A stretch of DNA of 63,998 bases, filler included, from an uncultured Methanosarcinales archaeon (GTDB lineage: Archaea; Nanobdellota; Nanobdellia; Woesearchaeales; JAGLXL01): NCBI GenBank assembly GCA_964472345.1. It is 4 parts of 4 records of this genome, joined end to end, with 100 filler letters (N's around TTAATTAATTAA, not from the genome) between each part and the next. Parts side by side here need not be neighbours in the genome. Positions count along the whole stretch, not along the records: positions 21,674 to 41,995 come from CAYYLB010000012.1; 3 more parts are not named here. The stretch is one strand, 5' to 3'. Made by a program: the position numbers and the translations under genes. Each line of letters starts with the position of its first letter. Positions within the stretch are counted from its first letter, which is position 1. This document shows, in pieces, positions 29,975 to 39,678 of this stretch. Below the pieces are notes generated by a model. It was not told where the DNA came from. It saw only the letters and a list, made by a program, of their open reading frames with translations, and did no database searches.

Positions 29975-31372
29975 ATGAGTATGGTCCCCCAAGGAAGGCA
30001 TAAAGAGATTACTTTCGACTCACCGGCAGAAGAGCTGCTGAGGGCAAAAGAGGGTGAAACTTTTGATAGAACTATAGGTGGCCAGGAAAGCATTGGCAAG
30101 AAAATAGCTGGTTTTGGGACCAAGAACGGTGGTTTGCTTCTCGTTGGTCAGCGTGACCTGCGTGAAGGGGGTGAAATTGAGGGGATTGATGAAGTTCAGT
30201 TCCAGCGCGATTTTTCCAATGCTATAGATAATGTGAAACCTGCCCCACTTACCCAGTCACGCATCCTTAGGTACCAAGACAAGAAGCTGGCACTAATCCG
30301 GGTGCAGGATGTCGGCGCACTTCGTCCGTGTGCATACGTTCTGGTGTACTACGAGCGCAAAGGCGATTCAACGCTTCCTTTGCAACCGGAAGAGGTTCGA
30401 CGTTACCATCTGGTCTATGGCAGCACCAATGTCGAGGAATTGCCCACGCATGCCTCAAGCGCAGACACCGACGAAGCTGAACTTGAGCACTATTCGCACC
30501 TTCTCAAGAAAGGAAAAGAGAAGATACTTGAAACGGTTACGACCGCGGAAGGTAACTTGACCGTCAGAGGGGCAGTTGTTTTGTGCAAGAACCCACAGAA
30601 ATATCTTGAGGGAGCCTTTATCGAGGTTCAGGGATATGATAATATGATCGGCAGTCAGCTGTCGCCAATCGGAACGCCCATCAAAGCATCAAAACCAGCA
30701 AGGCAATTGATTGAGGAAACCGCATTGCTCATAGCACAAAATCTTCCAGTTCAAAGGCAATATGAGGGAGCAAGGATGATCGAATCGCCAGCGATACCTT
30801 CAAGCGTAATCCGTGAAGTTATTACCAATGCCGTTGCACACAGAAATTACCGAAGCAACGAGCACATTCGCATAAGGATATTTGCTGACTGTTTCGACGT
30901 AACAAATCCAGCTATCATCTCCGAGAAAATGTGGGCATCCATTTTAACCACCCATACCACCTATCATCCAAATGAAGGAATATACACTTTCCTCAATCCG
31001 ACCCAACTCTATGAAGGTCGTGGCGAAGGTATCCCAAAAATACAAGAAGAGCTTGAACGCCTTCGCAAAGCTGCACCCGAGTTTAAAGTGATTGGTGACG
31101 TTCCATCAACATTTTATGCAAAGATAAATCTCACGCCTGCAAAAGCCAAGGATGTAAAAATGGCCAAACTTTATACACTCCTTCCAAAATACAAAGAAAT
31201 CACCTCATCTCATGTGATGAAGAAATTAAACATCTCACGGGTAACTGCAATACGCATGCTGAACCACCTGGTCGAGCAAGGCATTCTTGATCATAGCGGT
31301 TATACAAGAACCAGTAAGTATATTGTAAAGAATCCACCATCTCTGAAAGTTGAGCACAATAAACAAAGATGA
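29975..31372 (+). CDS. AlbA_2 (Schlafen-like) + HATPase_c_4 + wHTH protein
   Basis: E...FD...GG.LLVG N-domain; REVITNAVAHRNY; EGRGEGIPKI; C-terminal HTH. Confidence 0.85.
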   Translation: MSMVPQGRHKEITFDSPAEELLRAKEGETFDRTIGGQESIGKKIAGFGTKNGGLLLVGQRDLREGGEIEGIDEVQFQRDFSNAIDNVKPAPLTQSRILRYQDKKLALIRVQDVGALRPCAYVLVYYERKGDSTLPLQPEEVRRYHLVYGSTNVEELPTHASSADTDEAELEHYSHLLKKGKEKILETVTTAEGNLTVRGAVVLCKNPQKYLEGAFIEVQGYDNMIGSQLSPIGTPIKASKPARQLIEETALLIAQNLPVQRQYEGARMIESPAIPSSVIREVITNAVAHRNYRSNEHIRIRIFADCFDVTNPAIISEKMWASILTTHTTYHPNEGIYTFLNPTQLYEGRGEGIPKIQEELERLRKAAPEFKVIGDVPSTFYAKINLTPAKAKDVKMAKLYTLLPKYKEITSSHVMKKLNISRVTAIRMLNHLVEQGILDHSGYTRTSKYIVKNPPSLKVEHNKQR

Positions 31373-31514
31373 GCGCCACTTTCTAAGCGATAGGTTCTGC
31401 ACTTCAAAGGCATGCTTACGAAGAGGGCACCGCTTCCCGCGTGTGGCTCGGCAGGAGCATTGAAGCTACTCAATGATGGTAAAATTTAAATACGAACAAG
31501 CCCTGAGGGGCGGC

Positions 31515-32666
31515 ATGGACCCGGTGCGGCGCTGGTTGCTGAAAGGTGCAGGTCTGACTGGGCTTCTCGCAGCTCTTGGCCATTTTTTCCATCCTCTCAA
31601 GGCCATTGCCGCCGAGCCGGAATCCGGCATCCGCATCGTGCAGGGGCCCCTCGCGGCTGCCGATCTGCTTTCGTACAAGCCAAGCGGTGCCGAGCTGCTC
31701 ACGCTCGCGGGAGAGGAGCGCATCCGGGTGCTTGCGGTTCCCTCGCAGGAACAGTATGATGGCATGCTCATGCGCCTGGCGGCGTACTCCCTCTTGCACG
31801 GCAGCGCTGGGCGGGAAAACGCTCCCTTCGGTGTCACCATCGATCAGCTGGCCTTCGCGAAGCCGGGGCTTAGGACAGCGCTGTTCGGCCCGCTCGAGCT
31901 GCTGCTGGCGATGCCGGTCCGCTCGGAAACAATCGCGGACTTTTACAACAGCGATCTTACACCTGATGAGCGCGGAGCGCTTGCGTCTGCTGGCAGGGCA
32001 TCCGGCGGTTCGGTGACTGCGGGAACGGTACCGGGAACGCTCAATCTTGAAGAAGCAACGGCGTGCTCAGCGTACGTTAAGGCAGGGATCCTCGCCTACG
32101 AAAACGGGAGATTTACACCGACCGACAAGGTGCTCGTCGCGCGCCTGCCGGGCATTCAGGGAGGACTCGAGACGGGTGTGAACAGCGTCTTTTACTTCGG
32201 CGGCCCGAAGAACGACCTGCTGGCGAGACAGGCGCTGTTCAGGGCGTTCATGGAGCTTAGGGATGACGTCCGCGAAGTGGTGGGGGCGTGGTTCGGAAAT
32301 GTAAGCGATAAGTACTATGGACTCTGCTATGACCTTTTCGAGAAGATGTATAGCAAGGTCGGTGTGGTCCTGCCCGGAGAGAAGAAGCCCACGCTGGCGG
32401 CGCACGCCGCGGCATACGCCATTGCTAATCCTTCGCTTTTGATTTACATTGAGAGCCAGCGGCAGTGGCTGCTCAATCAAGCCAAAAATGCTGCTGGGGA
32501 TTCGCGTGTCGTGCAGGAACTTGGCAAAGAGATCTATGCGGAAGCTGCGCGGCTGAAGGAGATGCTGCTGACGCATAACGATGGACTGCCTGAAAAGGAG
32601 CGGGTGCCTGGCGTGCTGCTGGAGCCTACGATGGTTCCGCTGCGGTACCGGGAGGAAGGGCGATGA
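31515..32666 (+). CDS. Hypothetical exported protein with twin-arginine-like leader
   Basis: MDPVRRWLLKGAG plus hydrophobic stretch; TATA ~31485 and GAGGGG SD. Confidence 0.7.
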   Translation: MDPVRRWLLKGAGLTGLLAALGHFFHPLKAIAAEPESGIRIVQGPLAAADLLSYKPSGAELLTLAGEERIRVLAVPSQEQYDGMLMRLAAYSLLHGSAGRENAPFGVTIDQLAFAKPGLRTALFGPLELLLAMPVRSETIADFYNSDLTPDERGALASAGRASGGSVTAGTVPGTLNLEEATACSAYVKAGILAYENGRFTPTDKVLVARLPGIQGGLETGVNSVFYFGGPKNDLLARQALFRAFMELRDDVREVVGAWFGNVSDKYYGLCYDLFEKMYSKVGVVLPGEKKPTLAAHAAAYAIANPSLLIYIESQRQWLLNQAKNAAGDSRVVQELGKEIYAEAARLKEMLLTHNDGLPEKERVPGVLLEPTMVPLRYREEGR

Positions 32667-32728
32667 CGCAGACAGATGGTGCAGAGAACGAGAGGAGCGC
32701 AACAAAAGGTTCGGTTGGGATGGTTTGA

Positions 32729-33322
32729 ATGGGTGAAATGTTTGATCCGGGGAGGCGGAGGTTTCTCAAAGCTGGCCTGGCTGCCGTAGTCGGCGCCACG
32801 GCTGGAAGCATGGGCATGGCATACCTGCTGCGCGACAAGCCGCCGACTCCCGATGAGATCGAGGAGAGCAGCCGCTTCCTCCGCGCCTATCCTGTCAAGT
32901 ATCCGCTGAAGCCCGGCGTGCGCGTCCCCGACTTCGAGGCAGCCACGCTCCCGCGCACGGATGAGGGGAGGATGGGAGTATCGAAAAATATCAGGCTCTC
33001 GGGACTTGACGGCATCGTGCTGCTCGACTTCGGGATTCCCGGCTGCGGGCCGTGCGCTGAGATGGATCGGGAGCTGGAGAAACTCTACGCGAAGGCTCAA
33101 GGAGATGTAACAATTATCAAAATCATCCCAGGAACCAAACCTGATGGCCTGAGCGATTACCTCCGCAAGAACACGTTCCTCTATCCCGTTGTTTACGATG
33201 AAGGGGGAATCATCACGGCGAGCTATGGGGTGGATGTTTTTCCTAGAGTTTATGTGGTTCGGGGCATGGTACTATTTGGGCCAGAATCCTCTGAGTGGGT
33301 AGCCACTCTTGGGAGAAAATGA
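32729..33322 (+). CDS. TlpA/ResA-like thioredoxin with twin-arginine-like leader
   Basis: GRRRFLK leader; VLLDF..PGCGPC; YGV..FP. Confidence 0.85.
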   Translation: MGEMFDPGRRRFLKAGLAAVVGATAGSMGMAYLLRDKPPTPDEIEESSRFLRAYPVKYPLKPGVRVPDFEAATLPRTDEGRMGVSKNIRLSGLDGIVLLDFGIPGCGPCAEMDRELEKLYAKAQGDVTIIKIIPGTKPDGLSDYLRKNTFLYPVVYDEGGIITASYGVDVFPRVYVVRGMVLFGPESSEWVATLGRK

Positions 33323-33341
33323 AAGGGAAAAAACACGAGAA

Positions 33342-34328
33342 TCAACTTGCAAAGCAGCCACATTTGTCATCAATTTGATTATAATCACTATCGTAAGATC
33401 GACAGGTCTGCTCCCCCGAGCAACTGCCTGCATTGCAGGTAACGGTGGTCATTTTTCTGTTTAATTTACCCTGTTTGGCATCATGTTCTTCTTTTATACC
33501 GCACGGCTCATTAGTCTTTTCCTCTTCCCCCCCATTCGGCCCCGAGCACCCCCCACCAAAGAAACCAGTGATTGCCCCTCCAGCGATGACAACTCCCTTC
33601 GCAATATTTTGCGGCGCCCCCCAAAAGTAATCCGTGCTCCCGAACGATTCTGTCGAGACGGCCGCCCACTTTCCCGGGGGAAGCCAGAGGGCCTGGAAGA
33701 TGGATTTTGCATTTTTCCCTATGACATATTTTGTAGGATCGTCCGATGTGGAGGTGATTGGCGCTCCAAAGAAGTATACGCCTGCGGGCGCGCTTCCTTC
33801 ATTCTCAAATCGCGCGCTTGTTATCTGATAGGACTGCCCTTTTTCATCGCATTGGCCAAGCTGCAGTGCTGCTACGCCCTGCTGAAAGTTGAATTTGTTT
33901 GTGCCTGGCTTGAGCTGCAGAATGTTTATTTTGTCTCCATTACCTCCTTTTGTCTCAAGGAAGCGGTAATACCTTTCGATATCCTTCTCAAGCTGGGCGA
34001 CTTCCTTATCAGCAACTCCATTCGCACGGGCATAGCTCGCGACAAAGCCCTTCATGGCCGCACGATACCCCTTTCCCGAACTCCAATCGCGTTCTGCCTG
34101 CGTGGCGCCTTCCGTGGCTGGTGAAGCGGAATCTTTAGATATGTATTGGTCTTCTGTCAATATTCTGAGGCGTGTCGCCTGCCCGACATTCGCCGAAGGA
34201 GCCAGCGACACGAACAGCAAGACGAGGCCGACAACCGCAACAAGAGAAACAATCCCTACGACCGCGACGTGAGAACTCTCCTTCGAATGCTTCTGCGAAG
34301 CCTCTTTTGCTGCCTTCAACGCGAACAC
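33342..34328 (-). CDS. Membrane-anchored Cys-rich protein with GIVxLVAVxGL...GQAT leader
   Basis: Leader homologous to 27819-28391, unrelated C-terminal region. Confidence 0.8.
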   Translation of the reverse strand: MFALKAAKEASQKHSKESSHVAVVGIVSLVAVVGLVLLFVSLAPSANVGQATRLRILTEDQYISKDSASPATEGATQAERDWSSGKGYRAAMKGFVASYARANGVADKEVAQLEKDIERYYRFLETKGGNGDKINILQLKPGTNKFNFQQGVAALQLGQCDEKGQSYQITSARFENEGSAPAGVYFFGAPITSTSDDPTKYVIGKNAKSIFQALWLPPGKWAAVSTESFGSTDYFWGAPQNIAKGVVIAGGAITGFFGGGCSGPNGGEEEKTNEPCGIKEEHDAKQGKLNRKMTTVTCNAGSCSGEQTCRSYDSDYNQIDDKCGCFAS

Positions 34329-34471
34329 CCCTTTTGCTTGCGGAAGGGAAACTCCTTGGGTTTAAATAGCTTCTGGCGGCTTCTTCGGGAAGGGGTGCTG
34401 CCCGCGCCTGCCCGTGTTCGGGAAGGCCATCAGCGGTGCGGTGTTCCGTGAGATTATGATCAGTAGAATAA

Positions 34472-34526
34472 GGATTATACTAAATGAAGGAAAAATTTAA
34501 ATAGTATAATCCAGATTAGTATAATC
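34472..34526 (+). promoter_or_regulatory. TATA box bracketed by 11-bp inverted operator
   Basis: GGATTATACTA (34472-34482) / TAGTATAATCC (34502-34512), third half-site 34517-34526; TTTAAATA between. Confidence 0.65.
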
Positions 34527-35858
34527 ATGGTTCTACAATTCATCGACCGGGAGCGGGAGCTGCGCGAGCTGCGGGAGGCTGTGAATAGCAGGAAGCAGGA
34601 GCTCATCATCATCTACGGCAGGCGGCGCATCGGGAAAACGGAGCTTATCCTTGAGGCAAGCAAGGGCGTTCCCCGCCTCTACTACCTCGCCGTCGGCGAA
34701 AGAAACCTCGAGCGGTTCTACGAGAGCTGCGTGCGGCAGTTTCCTGAGGCATCAAGGCTCAAGGCGGACTGGGAGGTGCTCTTCGATTTCCTCAAAGACC
34801 GCGTCCGGTGCGTCATCCTCGACGAATTCCAGAACCTTATTGCGGAGGACCGTAACTTCCTTCACCTGATGCAGGCGATTGTGGACATCACGCTCCGCGG
34901 CTCCGCGCTCAAGCTCTTCCTGCTGGGCTCGTCCGTTTCCGTCATGACATCGCAGGTGCTTGCCTCCCCCAGCCCGCTGTACGGGCGGCGGACGGGCTCG
35001 ATGGAGCTTAAAGGAGTCTCCTTCTTTGAGCTCAAGAAGTTCTTCCCGCGAAGCTCCGCCGAGGAGCGCGCCTGCATCTACGGCTTTGCCGGCGGCGTGC
35101 CGCTCTACCTCACGAAGATCACCGGGCCATTCTGGGCATGGCTTGAGAAGGAAGCGCGGCAGGAGAAGGGGTTCCTGCGGGACGAGACCGAGTTCCTCCT
35201 GAAGTATGAATTCACGGAAACGGGCACCTATAAGCTCATCCTTGAGGCAATCGCCAACGGGAGGGCGACCGTTGGCGAGATCAGGGACTTTGTGGGAGTG
35301 AAACGGACTGACATCAGCCCCTACCTGAGGAACCTCCTCGAGGTGCGGCTGATCAAGCGGGAGATCCCCGTCACGGAGAGCGCACGGACGCGGCAGAGCA
35401 GGTACTTCATTGCGGACAACTTCCTCCGCTTCTGGTTCCGGTACATCTATCCGCGGCTGAGCTCCATCGAAGAGGGAGTGTTTGATGTCAGGCACATCCG
35501 GGAGAGCTATCATCTGTACCTCGGGCATGTCTTTGAGGACATCGCACGTGAGTTTCTGGTGCGCCGGCCGCCATTCCCCCTCACAGCCATCGGCCGCTGG
35601 TGGTTCCGGGACGAGGAGATTGACATTGTCGCGTTCGATGAGCCGGGCAAGCAGGCGCTGTTCTGCGAGTGCAAGTGGCAGGATGCTGTTGATGCGCGCG
35701 CCGTCCTTGCCGAGCTGAAGCGGAAGGCAGCGCTGGTGCGGTGGCGCAACGCTGCGAGAAAGGAGCGCTTCGCGGTCTTTGCGCGCTCGTTCAAGGAGAA
35801 GATACGGGAGGAAGGGGCCGTTCTTTTCGATCTGCAGGAGATTGATTCGGCGCGGTGA
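34527..35858 (+). CDS. Archaeal ATPase (ATPase_2 + DUF234 PD-(D/E)xK domain)
   Basis: FIDREREL, YGRRRIGKT, LDEFQ, SPLYGRRT, DNFLRFWF, EIDIV...ECKW. Confidence 0.92.
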   Translation: MVLQFIDRERELRELREAVNSRKQELIIIYGRRRIGKTELILEASKGVPRLYYLAVGERNLERFYESCVRQFPEASRLKADWEVLFDFLKDRVRCVILDEFQNLIAEDRNFLHLMQAIVDITLRGSALKLFLLGSSVSVMTSQVLASPSPLYGRRTGSMELKGVSFFELKKFFPRSSAEERACIYGFAGGVPLYLTKITGPFWAWLEKEARQEKGFLRDETEFLLKYEFTETGTYKLILEAIANGRATVGEIRDFVGVKRTDISPYLRNLLEVRLIKREIPVTESARTRQSRYFIADNFLRFWFRYIYPRLSSIEEGVFDVRHIRESYHLYLGHVFEDIAREFLVRRPPFPLTAIGRWWFRDEEIDIVAFDEPGKQALFCECKWQDAVDARAVLAELKRKAALVRWRNAARKERFAVFARSFKEKIREEGAVLFDLQEIDSAR

Positions 35859-36021
35859 CGGGCTGCTGCAGGGACAGCAGTGGCGCACGTACGGCGCTGG
35901 TGCGCTGGCGGGCGTGCGCGGCTGCGCCGGGCTTCGCGGCATTGCCGATGGGCTCGGCGGGGAGGCATCATGTCACTCGCGGATGGTAAAATATAAAAAG
36001 AAGGGTGGTTTGAGGGGAGGG

Positions 36022-37098
36022 ATGGGGCGGCTTGAAGAGATTGCACAACGTGTTCTCCCAAAGTTGGTTCTGCTGGCAAGTGGATTCGTGCAAGCCGGGT
36101 GCGCGGCCCTCTGTACGCAGGAGAGCCGTGCCGAGCGGCAGGGAGGCGTGTCTGTCGCGGGTGCGGAGCCTGCTGAGCGCGGGCAGACGGGGGGCGTTAC
36201 GGAAGATGTTGGAAGGGAGATGGTTTACGTCGGTGAGAAGAGCCTGCAGGAAATCATCGACAACCGGGTGGAGCCGGGGCGCGCGGCGGAGCTGATGAAG
36301 TGGAATGGGTATGAGATATATGTGCTGGATGTCTGCGACAATGTGATTGAGAGAAAGATTTTTGATGGGATCGACATACATTTCTTAGAGCAGTTTCACA
36401 AAGAGCAAGATTTTGAAGTAGAAACTACACAACCGCGGGATTCCCCAGCGCATTGCTACAGAATGGATCGTGTTGCGGCGTTCTTCACGTCAGTTGGGGA
36501 GTTGGATGGGAGTCAACGAGCGGTTCGTGATATCCTTAAAGATAAAGGGTTGTTAGTTTGGGAAGGCGGGGTCTATAATGGGAGTAGTGCCTCAGCATTG
36601 GTTGCAGTACCAAATAATCTCGTACGCTATCCGATTCCTGAATTCGGGGGCGATCCACGCAGTGTTATTGTTGTTCATGAGCTGGCGCACGCGTCTGAGT
36701 ACACGGATCGAAGATTTCATATGGTTGTCAATGAAGAGCGGAGAAATGTCGCACAGGAAAAAGTGCTTTTATGGCAAGCCATCACCCAACAGCAACATCC
36801 GCAACTTGCTCTTGAGGAGCGTACGGCTCATCTCGTGACTGTTATGGTCGATCCGCGCGCTGTCGCCCGCCTCAGGTGGCTGGCGATAGAATCACTTAGG
36901 CAAGACATTCGGGGACAGGAATACCTGGGGATTGTTCAGCAATATATTGGTGATACTCAAGAAAGTTTTAGCGGAGAGGATGCCACACCTCGCAGCCAAT
37001 TCTTCCTGGAAGCGGCACGGATGTATCAGAAGATAGAGGGGGGCCTCCCACCAGAGTTGAGAAACTGCATGACAGCGTTCAGAAAGTTATTTAAATGA
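36022..37098 (+). CDS. Exported/lipoprotein-like HExxH protein
   Basis: Hydrophobic N-terminus with QAGC; VVHELAH plus downstream EERTAH; GAGGGGAGG SD. Confidence 0.7.
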   Translation: MGRLEEIAQRVLPKLVLLASGFVQAGCAALCTQESRAERQGGVSVAGAEPAERGQTGGVTEDVGREMVYVGEKSLQEIIDNRVEPGRAAELMKWNGYEIYVLDVCDNVIERKIFDGIDIHFLEQFHKEQDFEVETTQPRDSPAHCYRMDRVAAFFTSVGELDGSQRAVRDILKDKGLLVWEGGVYNGSSASALVAVPNNLVRYPIPEFGGDPRSVIVVHELAHASEYTDRRFHMVVNEERRNVAQEKVLLWQAITQQQHPQLALEERTAHLVTVMVDPRAVARLRWLAIESLRQDIRGQEYLGIVQQYIGDTQESFSGEDATPRSQFFLEAARMYQKIEGGLPPELRNCMTAFRKLFK

Positions 37099-37136
37099 GT
37101 GAGACACTCTTAAGCTTTAAAGAGAGGCGTCGCTGA

Positions 37137-38720
37137 ATGACTCGGAGAACATTTTTAGTGTTGGTTCTTTTGATTGCTACGCTTGCTTCTTTAGGTAGTG
37201 TGGTTGGAGAGGACACCATCACATGGAAAACTGTTACTGTTGATGGTGGTCTGAGCTTCTGCTCGGCAAACCTACCGCTAGATGATTCCGATCTGTCTTC
37301 ATCCGATGACTATGCGGCGCTAAAAAAGTATACAGTAACCGGAATTAAAAATGATGGTATCAGTATTTCACTGAAGAACACCTGCAAAGATGAGGCAAAC
37401 ATAAAGATCGTCAAGTGTGATGGAAAAAATATCGTCGAAGCGGTAGTTCCTTGTGGCGAAGACAAGGTATGCCTACCCTTTGTCGAAAAACAAGGGCAAA
37501 AGGGTTTTGGCAATTATCCAGAAAATGGTGCAGCATGCGTACCTACCGACAAACCGCTGCCGAAGGAAATATTTTTTAACAATCCCTTGAGTGATCCTGA
37601 AGTGTTATCCTGGTATCTCTCAGATGATGAAAAGAAATCTTTGGACGGCGCAGCTAAAATTGTAGATTGTTCTATACAACTTCAAAAAGTCACTAACGGA
37701 GAAATTAGCAATACAGAAGCAGCAATTATCAAAGATAAGTCCACAAATAAAGTTTATGAAGACGTATGCCTAAACAAAGTTATGCAACTTAATTTTGAGT
37801 GTCGTGGGAGGAAGGGTTATAGCGAAGTTATCCTCTGTCAGTATGGATGTGATGGGCCTAGCGGGCAATGTAAGCAACCACTTAGACCAAGCTCTGGCGG
37901 TGGTGGGGCTGGTTCTGTTCCACCGATTATCTTTGACACTCCCCAGTCTCCCCCGTCGCAGCCAAGTACGCCTACTGGCGGCGGATCGGGGAGCAGTGCT
38001 GGCAACTATTGTACTGAAACCGCAAATGGAATAACCTATTCTTTCAATGGGAAAGTTGGCTCGGAATTGACTAGCTGTACTGGCAGTAAGTTTCATCAAG
38101 CGATCTGTGTCGATGGTAGACCTCGTGTAAATGAGTTTACTTGCAAAGAAGGATGCGCATCAAATGGGCGTGGATGTAAATCAGATAATATGCAGAGTAC
38201 AAATGGATGGTGGTTAGCACTTGGTGATGCCAAAGATAGTAATTTCGGCCAAGCCGTCGCCGCGCTGGCACAGAAGCTGAATGGCCTCAAAGAATGCCGG
38301 CCGATTGTGCTTGAGATTGTCGCGGCGCTCGGCAAGCTTGGCACCAAGGATGCGGTTGCTGATTTTTACACGAAACCGCCGGCGTCGCTGTCCCGCACGC
38401 TTCGCTTCCGCTTGCCGGCGTGCCAGGCGCAGTTTGATCAGGAATACAAAAGTGTGTACGGCGACAATGCGCTCGTGAAGATGTCAGAGGACTTTGTTGT
38501 GGTTTCCGCTGCCTATAGTGATGTTTCAGCCGAGGACACAAGCCTCCGAACCTCCAAAACCGGCGCAGCAACCGAAGTCCTCCTGCGCTACGACGAAGGC
38601 CTCATCGAAGGCACGGTCAGCGGCGTCGCCGGCTTCCTCATCTTCATCGCGGTTGCGTTTGTCGCGGGATTCTTCTTCGGGAAGGAGCTGCAACTCAGGA
38701 AGGGCAAGAGAAGGAAGTGA
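37137..38720 (+). CDS. Secreted Cys-rich protein with C-terminal TGAATE-TM anchor
   Basis: MTRRTFL signal; Cys-rich modules; C-terminal ~60 aa closely similar to 23505-25456. Confidence 0.85.
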   Translation: MTRRTFLVLVLLIATLASLGSVVGEDTITWKTVTVDGGLSFCSANLPLDDSDLSSSDDYAALKKYTVTGIKNDGISISLKNTCKDEANIKIVKCDGKNIVEAVVPCGEDKVCLPFVEKQGQKGFGNYPENGAACVPTDKPLPKEIFFNNPLSDPEVLSWYLSDDEKKSLDGAAKIVDCSIQLQKVTNGEISNTEAAIIKDKSTNKVYEDVCLNKVMQLNFECRGRKGYSEVILCQYGCDGPSGQCKQPLRPSSGGGGAGSVPPIIFDTPQSPPSQPSTPTGGGSGSSAGNYCTETANGITYSFNGKVGSELTSCTGSKFHQAICVDGRPRVNEFTCKEGCASNGRGCKSDNMQSTNGWWLALGDAKDSNFGQAVAALAQKLNGLKECRPIVLEIVAALGKLGTKDAVADFYTKPPASLSRTLRFRLPACQAQFDQEYKSVYGDNALVKMSEDFVVVSAAYSDVSAEDTSLRTSKTGAATEVLLRYDEGLIEGTVSGVAGFLIFIAVAFVAGFFFGKELQLRKGKRRK

Positions 38721-38817
38721 CTCCCGTGTTCCGGACGCTTGCGGAGGCCATTTCGCCTTACCATTCGTCGTCGCTGGCACAGATACTTTTATATAGTTTG
38801 GAGAGATAAAAAGCGGC

Positions 38818-38943
38818 ATGGAATCAAACGCATCGGCGCACCAATGGAAGCGGGCCATCACCGAGCGCGGAGAGGAGATTCCGGCGGCAGCTATTGACAT
38901 CAGCTGGATTTACCGGGCGCTTGGCTGGGAGAATAATAGGTGA
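38818..38943 (+). CDS. 41-aa small ORF (not in ORF track)
   Basis: MESNASAHQWKRAITERGEEIPAAAIDISWIYRALGWENNR; TATA TTTTATATA at 38787-38795; GTGA overlap with next ORF. Confidence 0.55.
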   Translation: MESNASAHQWKRAITERGEEIPAAAIDISWIYRALGWENNR

Positions 38944-39134
38944 AGAGCCAAGAGATTGGAAGATTCGCATTTGGCATACGGCTTTCATTGTCGCGCGACG
39001 GAAAACTTCATTGGCAGACCCAGAGTGTGAACCAAGATGTCCCTGACGAGATTATCATCATGCAGATGAAGGCATTTCTGCAGCAGATGGAGAAAGGCTT
39101 CTTTGGCCGGTTTGAGGCAAACCTCAAGAAGTGA
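38940..39134 (+). CDS. 64-aa hypothetical protein
   Basis: GTG start translationally coupled to the 41-aa ORF. Confidence 0.6.
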   Translation: MKSQEIGRFAFGIRLSLSRDGKLHWQTQSVNQDVPDEIIIMQMKAFLQQMEKGFFGRFEANLKK

Positions 39135-39207
39135 GTGATGGGCAGCTCTTTGCCCGGGCGCGAACTATTCGCCAGCTTTTTTATGGTTGGTTTTATTGGA
39201 AGCGCGG

Positions 39208-39310
39208 AGCGGCGTCGCCGGCTTCCTGATTTTCATCGCGGTTGCGTTTGTCGCGGGATTCTTCTTCGGGAAGGAGCTGCAGCTCAGGAAGGGGAAGAGA
39301 AGGAAGTGAC
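39208..39310 (+). repeat. Orphan duplicate of the 3' end of gene 37137-38720
   Basis: 103-bp direct repeat of 38619-38721; 4 substitutions, all synonymous. Confidence 0.92.
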
Positions 39311-39441
39311 GCTCCGCCGGAAGGGCAGGGCATGCGCGTTCAGCACTGCGCCGAGCTGTCCGCACGCTCCTGGCACCCGGCATTTTCTCCCCGCCTGCTT
39401 TTCCGAAAGCCTTAAGTATGTGCACACATACACGTATGTTT

Positions 39442-39678
39442 ATGGCAACAAAAACAATCACCATCACGGAAGAGAGCTACCATCTCCTCGCCGGGCTCAA
39501 GGAGGGTGATGAAAGCTTTTCCGAGGAGCTTCGCCGCCTGCTGGGAACGAAGAGCCGCATCATGGAGCTGGCAGGCGCGTGGGAGAAGATGAGCGGCAAG
39601 GAAGCCAAGGAGATCCACCAGGCCATCGCGTCGCTGCGCACGGCGAGCAGCGGCCATGTGAGGCAGCGCATCCGATGA
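39442..39678 (+). CDS. vapB: VapB-type antitoxin (DUF217-like)
   Basis: MATKTITITEESY..L..LK..DESFSE..RRL; ATGA overlap with PIN gene. Confidence 0.88.
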   Translation: MATKTITITEESYHLLAGLKEGDESFSEELRRLLGTKSRIMELAGAWEKMSGKEAKEIHQAIASLRTASSGHVRQRIR

